Assembly: GCF_033153115.1 (NCBI RefSeq)
Contig: NW_026889774.1
Span: 23,126,001-23,190,000, forward strand
Length of the DNA stretch: 64,000 nt
Direction: 5' to 3'
DNA from: Saccostrea echinata
Lineage: Eukaryota
Both the position numbers and the translations under genes were made by a program. Shown one piece after another: positions 63,638 through 64,000 of the stretch. The notes under the pieces are model-generated. The model was given only the letters and a program-made list of their open reading frames with translations, had not been told where the DNA came from and made no database searches. How positions within the stretch are numbered: the stretch's first letter is position 1; each line of letters starts with the position of its first letter.

Positions 63638-64000
63638 TTTTGTTTGAATATTTAAATATATAATTAAATTCAAGTCAGTTAGGAACAAACATCATAACAA
63701 AGTGTGTATCAAATTGAGATTTTAAAAACTTTCAAACTTTGGGATAGAATTTCATAATTTGGGGAGATACTAGTAGATATCTTAAATACAACATTATTTT
63801 AACCACCCCCTCCCCCCCCCCCTTCCCCTCTAAGAATCAACAGTGTGTTGTTTTAATCAAATTGCTGATGATAAAAAAAGTTAATCGTTGTATGGATCCA
63901 AACAGGTATTTTCTCATTTGAACTTTGGATGTTGTGGTAGCGAAGATTTTACACTTTAAGAATGAGGGGTCATCAGTTCAAAATTTAACCGAAATATGAA

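Overview
AT-rich, intron-containing animal genomic DNA. The repeat landscape (Helentron/HINE elements with GACA microsatellites and ~165-bp satellites, Penelope-like RT relics, Nin/Deu-type SINEs) points to a bivalve, probably an oyster; this is an inference. The left end holds the first coding exon of an unidentified minus-strand gene, miniature LTR elements with tRNA-like LTRs, and a complete RPL28 gene with a TCT/TOP start. Next comes a 12.8-kb TIR-bounded non-autonomous DNA transposon containing nested elements and a 174-bp satellite. From about 23.6 kb to the window end lies a tandem family that the ORF track shows only in fragments: four intact genes (A, C, D, E), a fifth whose first exon was not found (F) and a mosaic pseudogene (B). 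Manual splicing gives ~290-345 aa proteins with a signal peptide, a degenerate SUEL/rhamnose-lectin-like Cys domain (C-x-W-K/R/E-x-x-C), a CUB-like domain (RSHxxxPWxY...GFxxxxK/R), a conserved C-x-x-V/I linker and, except in F, a very Lys/Arg-rich tract. I do not recognise this secreted cationic family; it is the main candidate for an undescribed system. All exon structures were derived by hand and domain calls rest on motif resemblance only.
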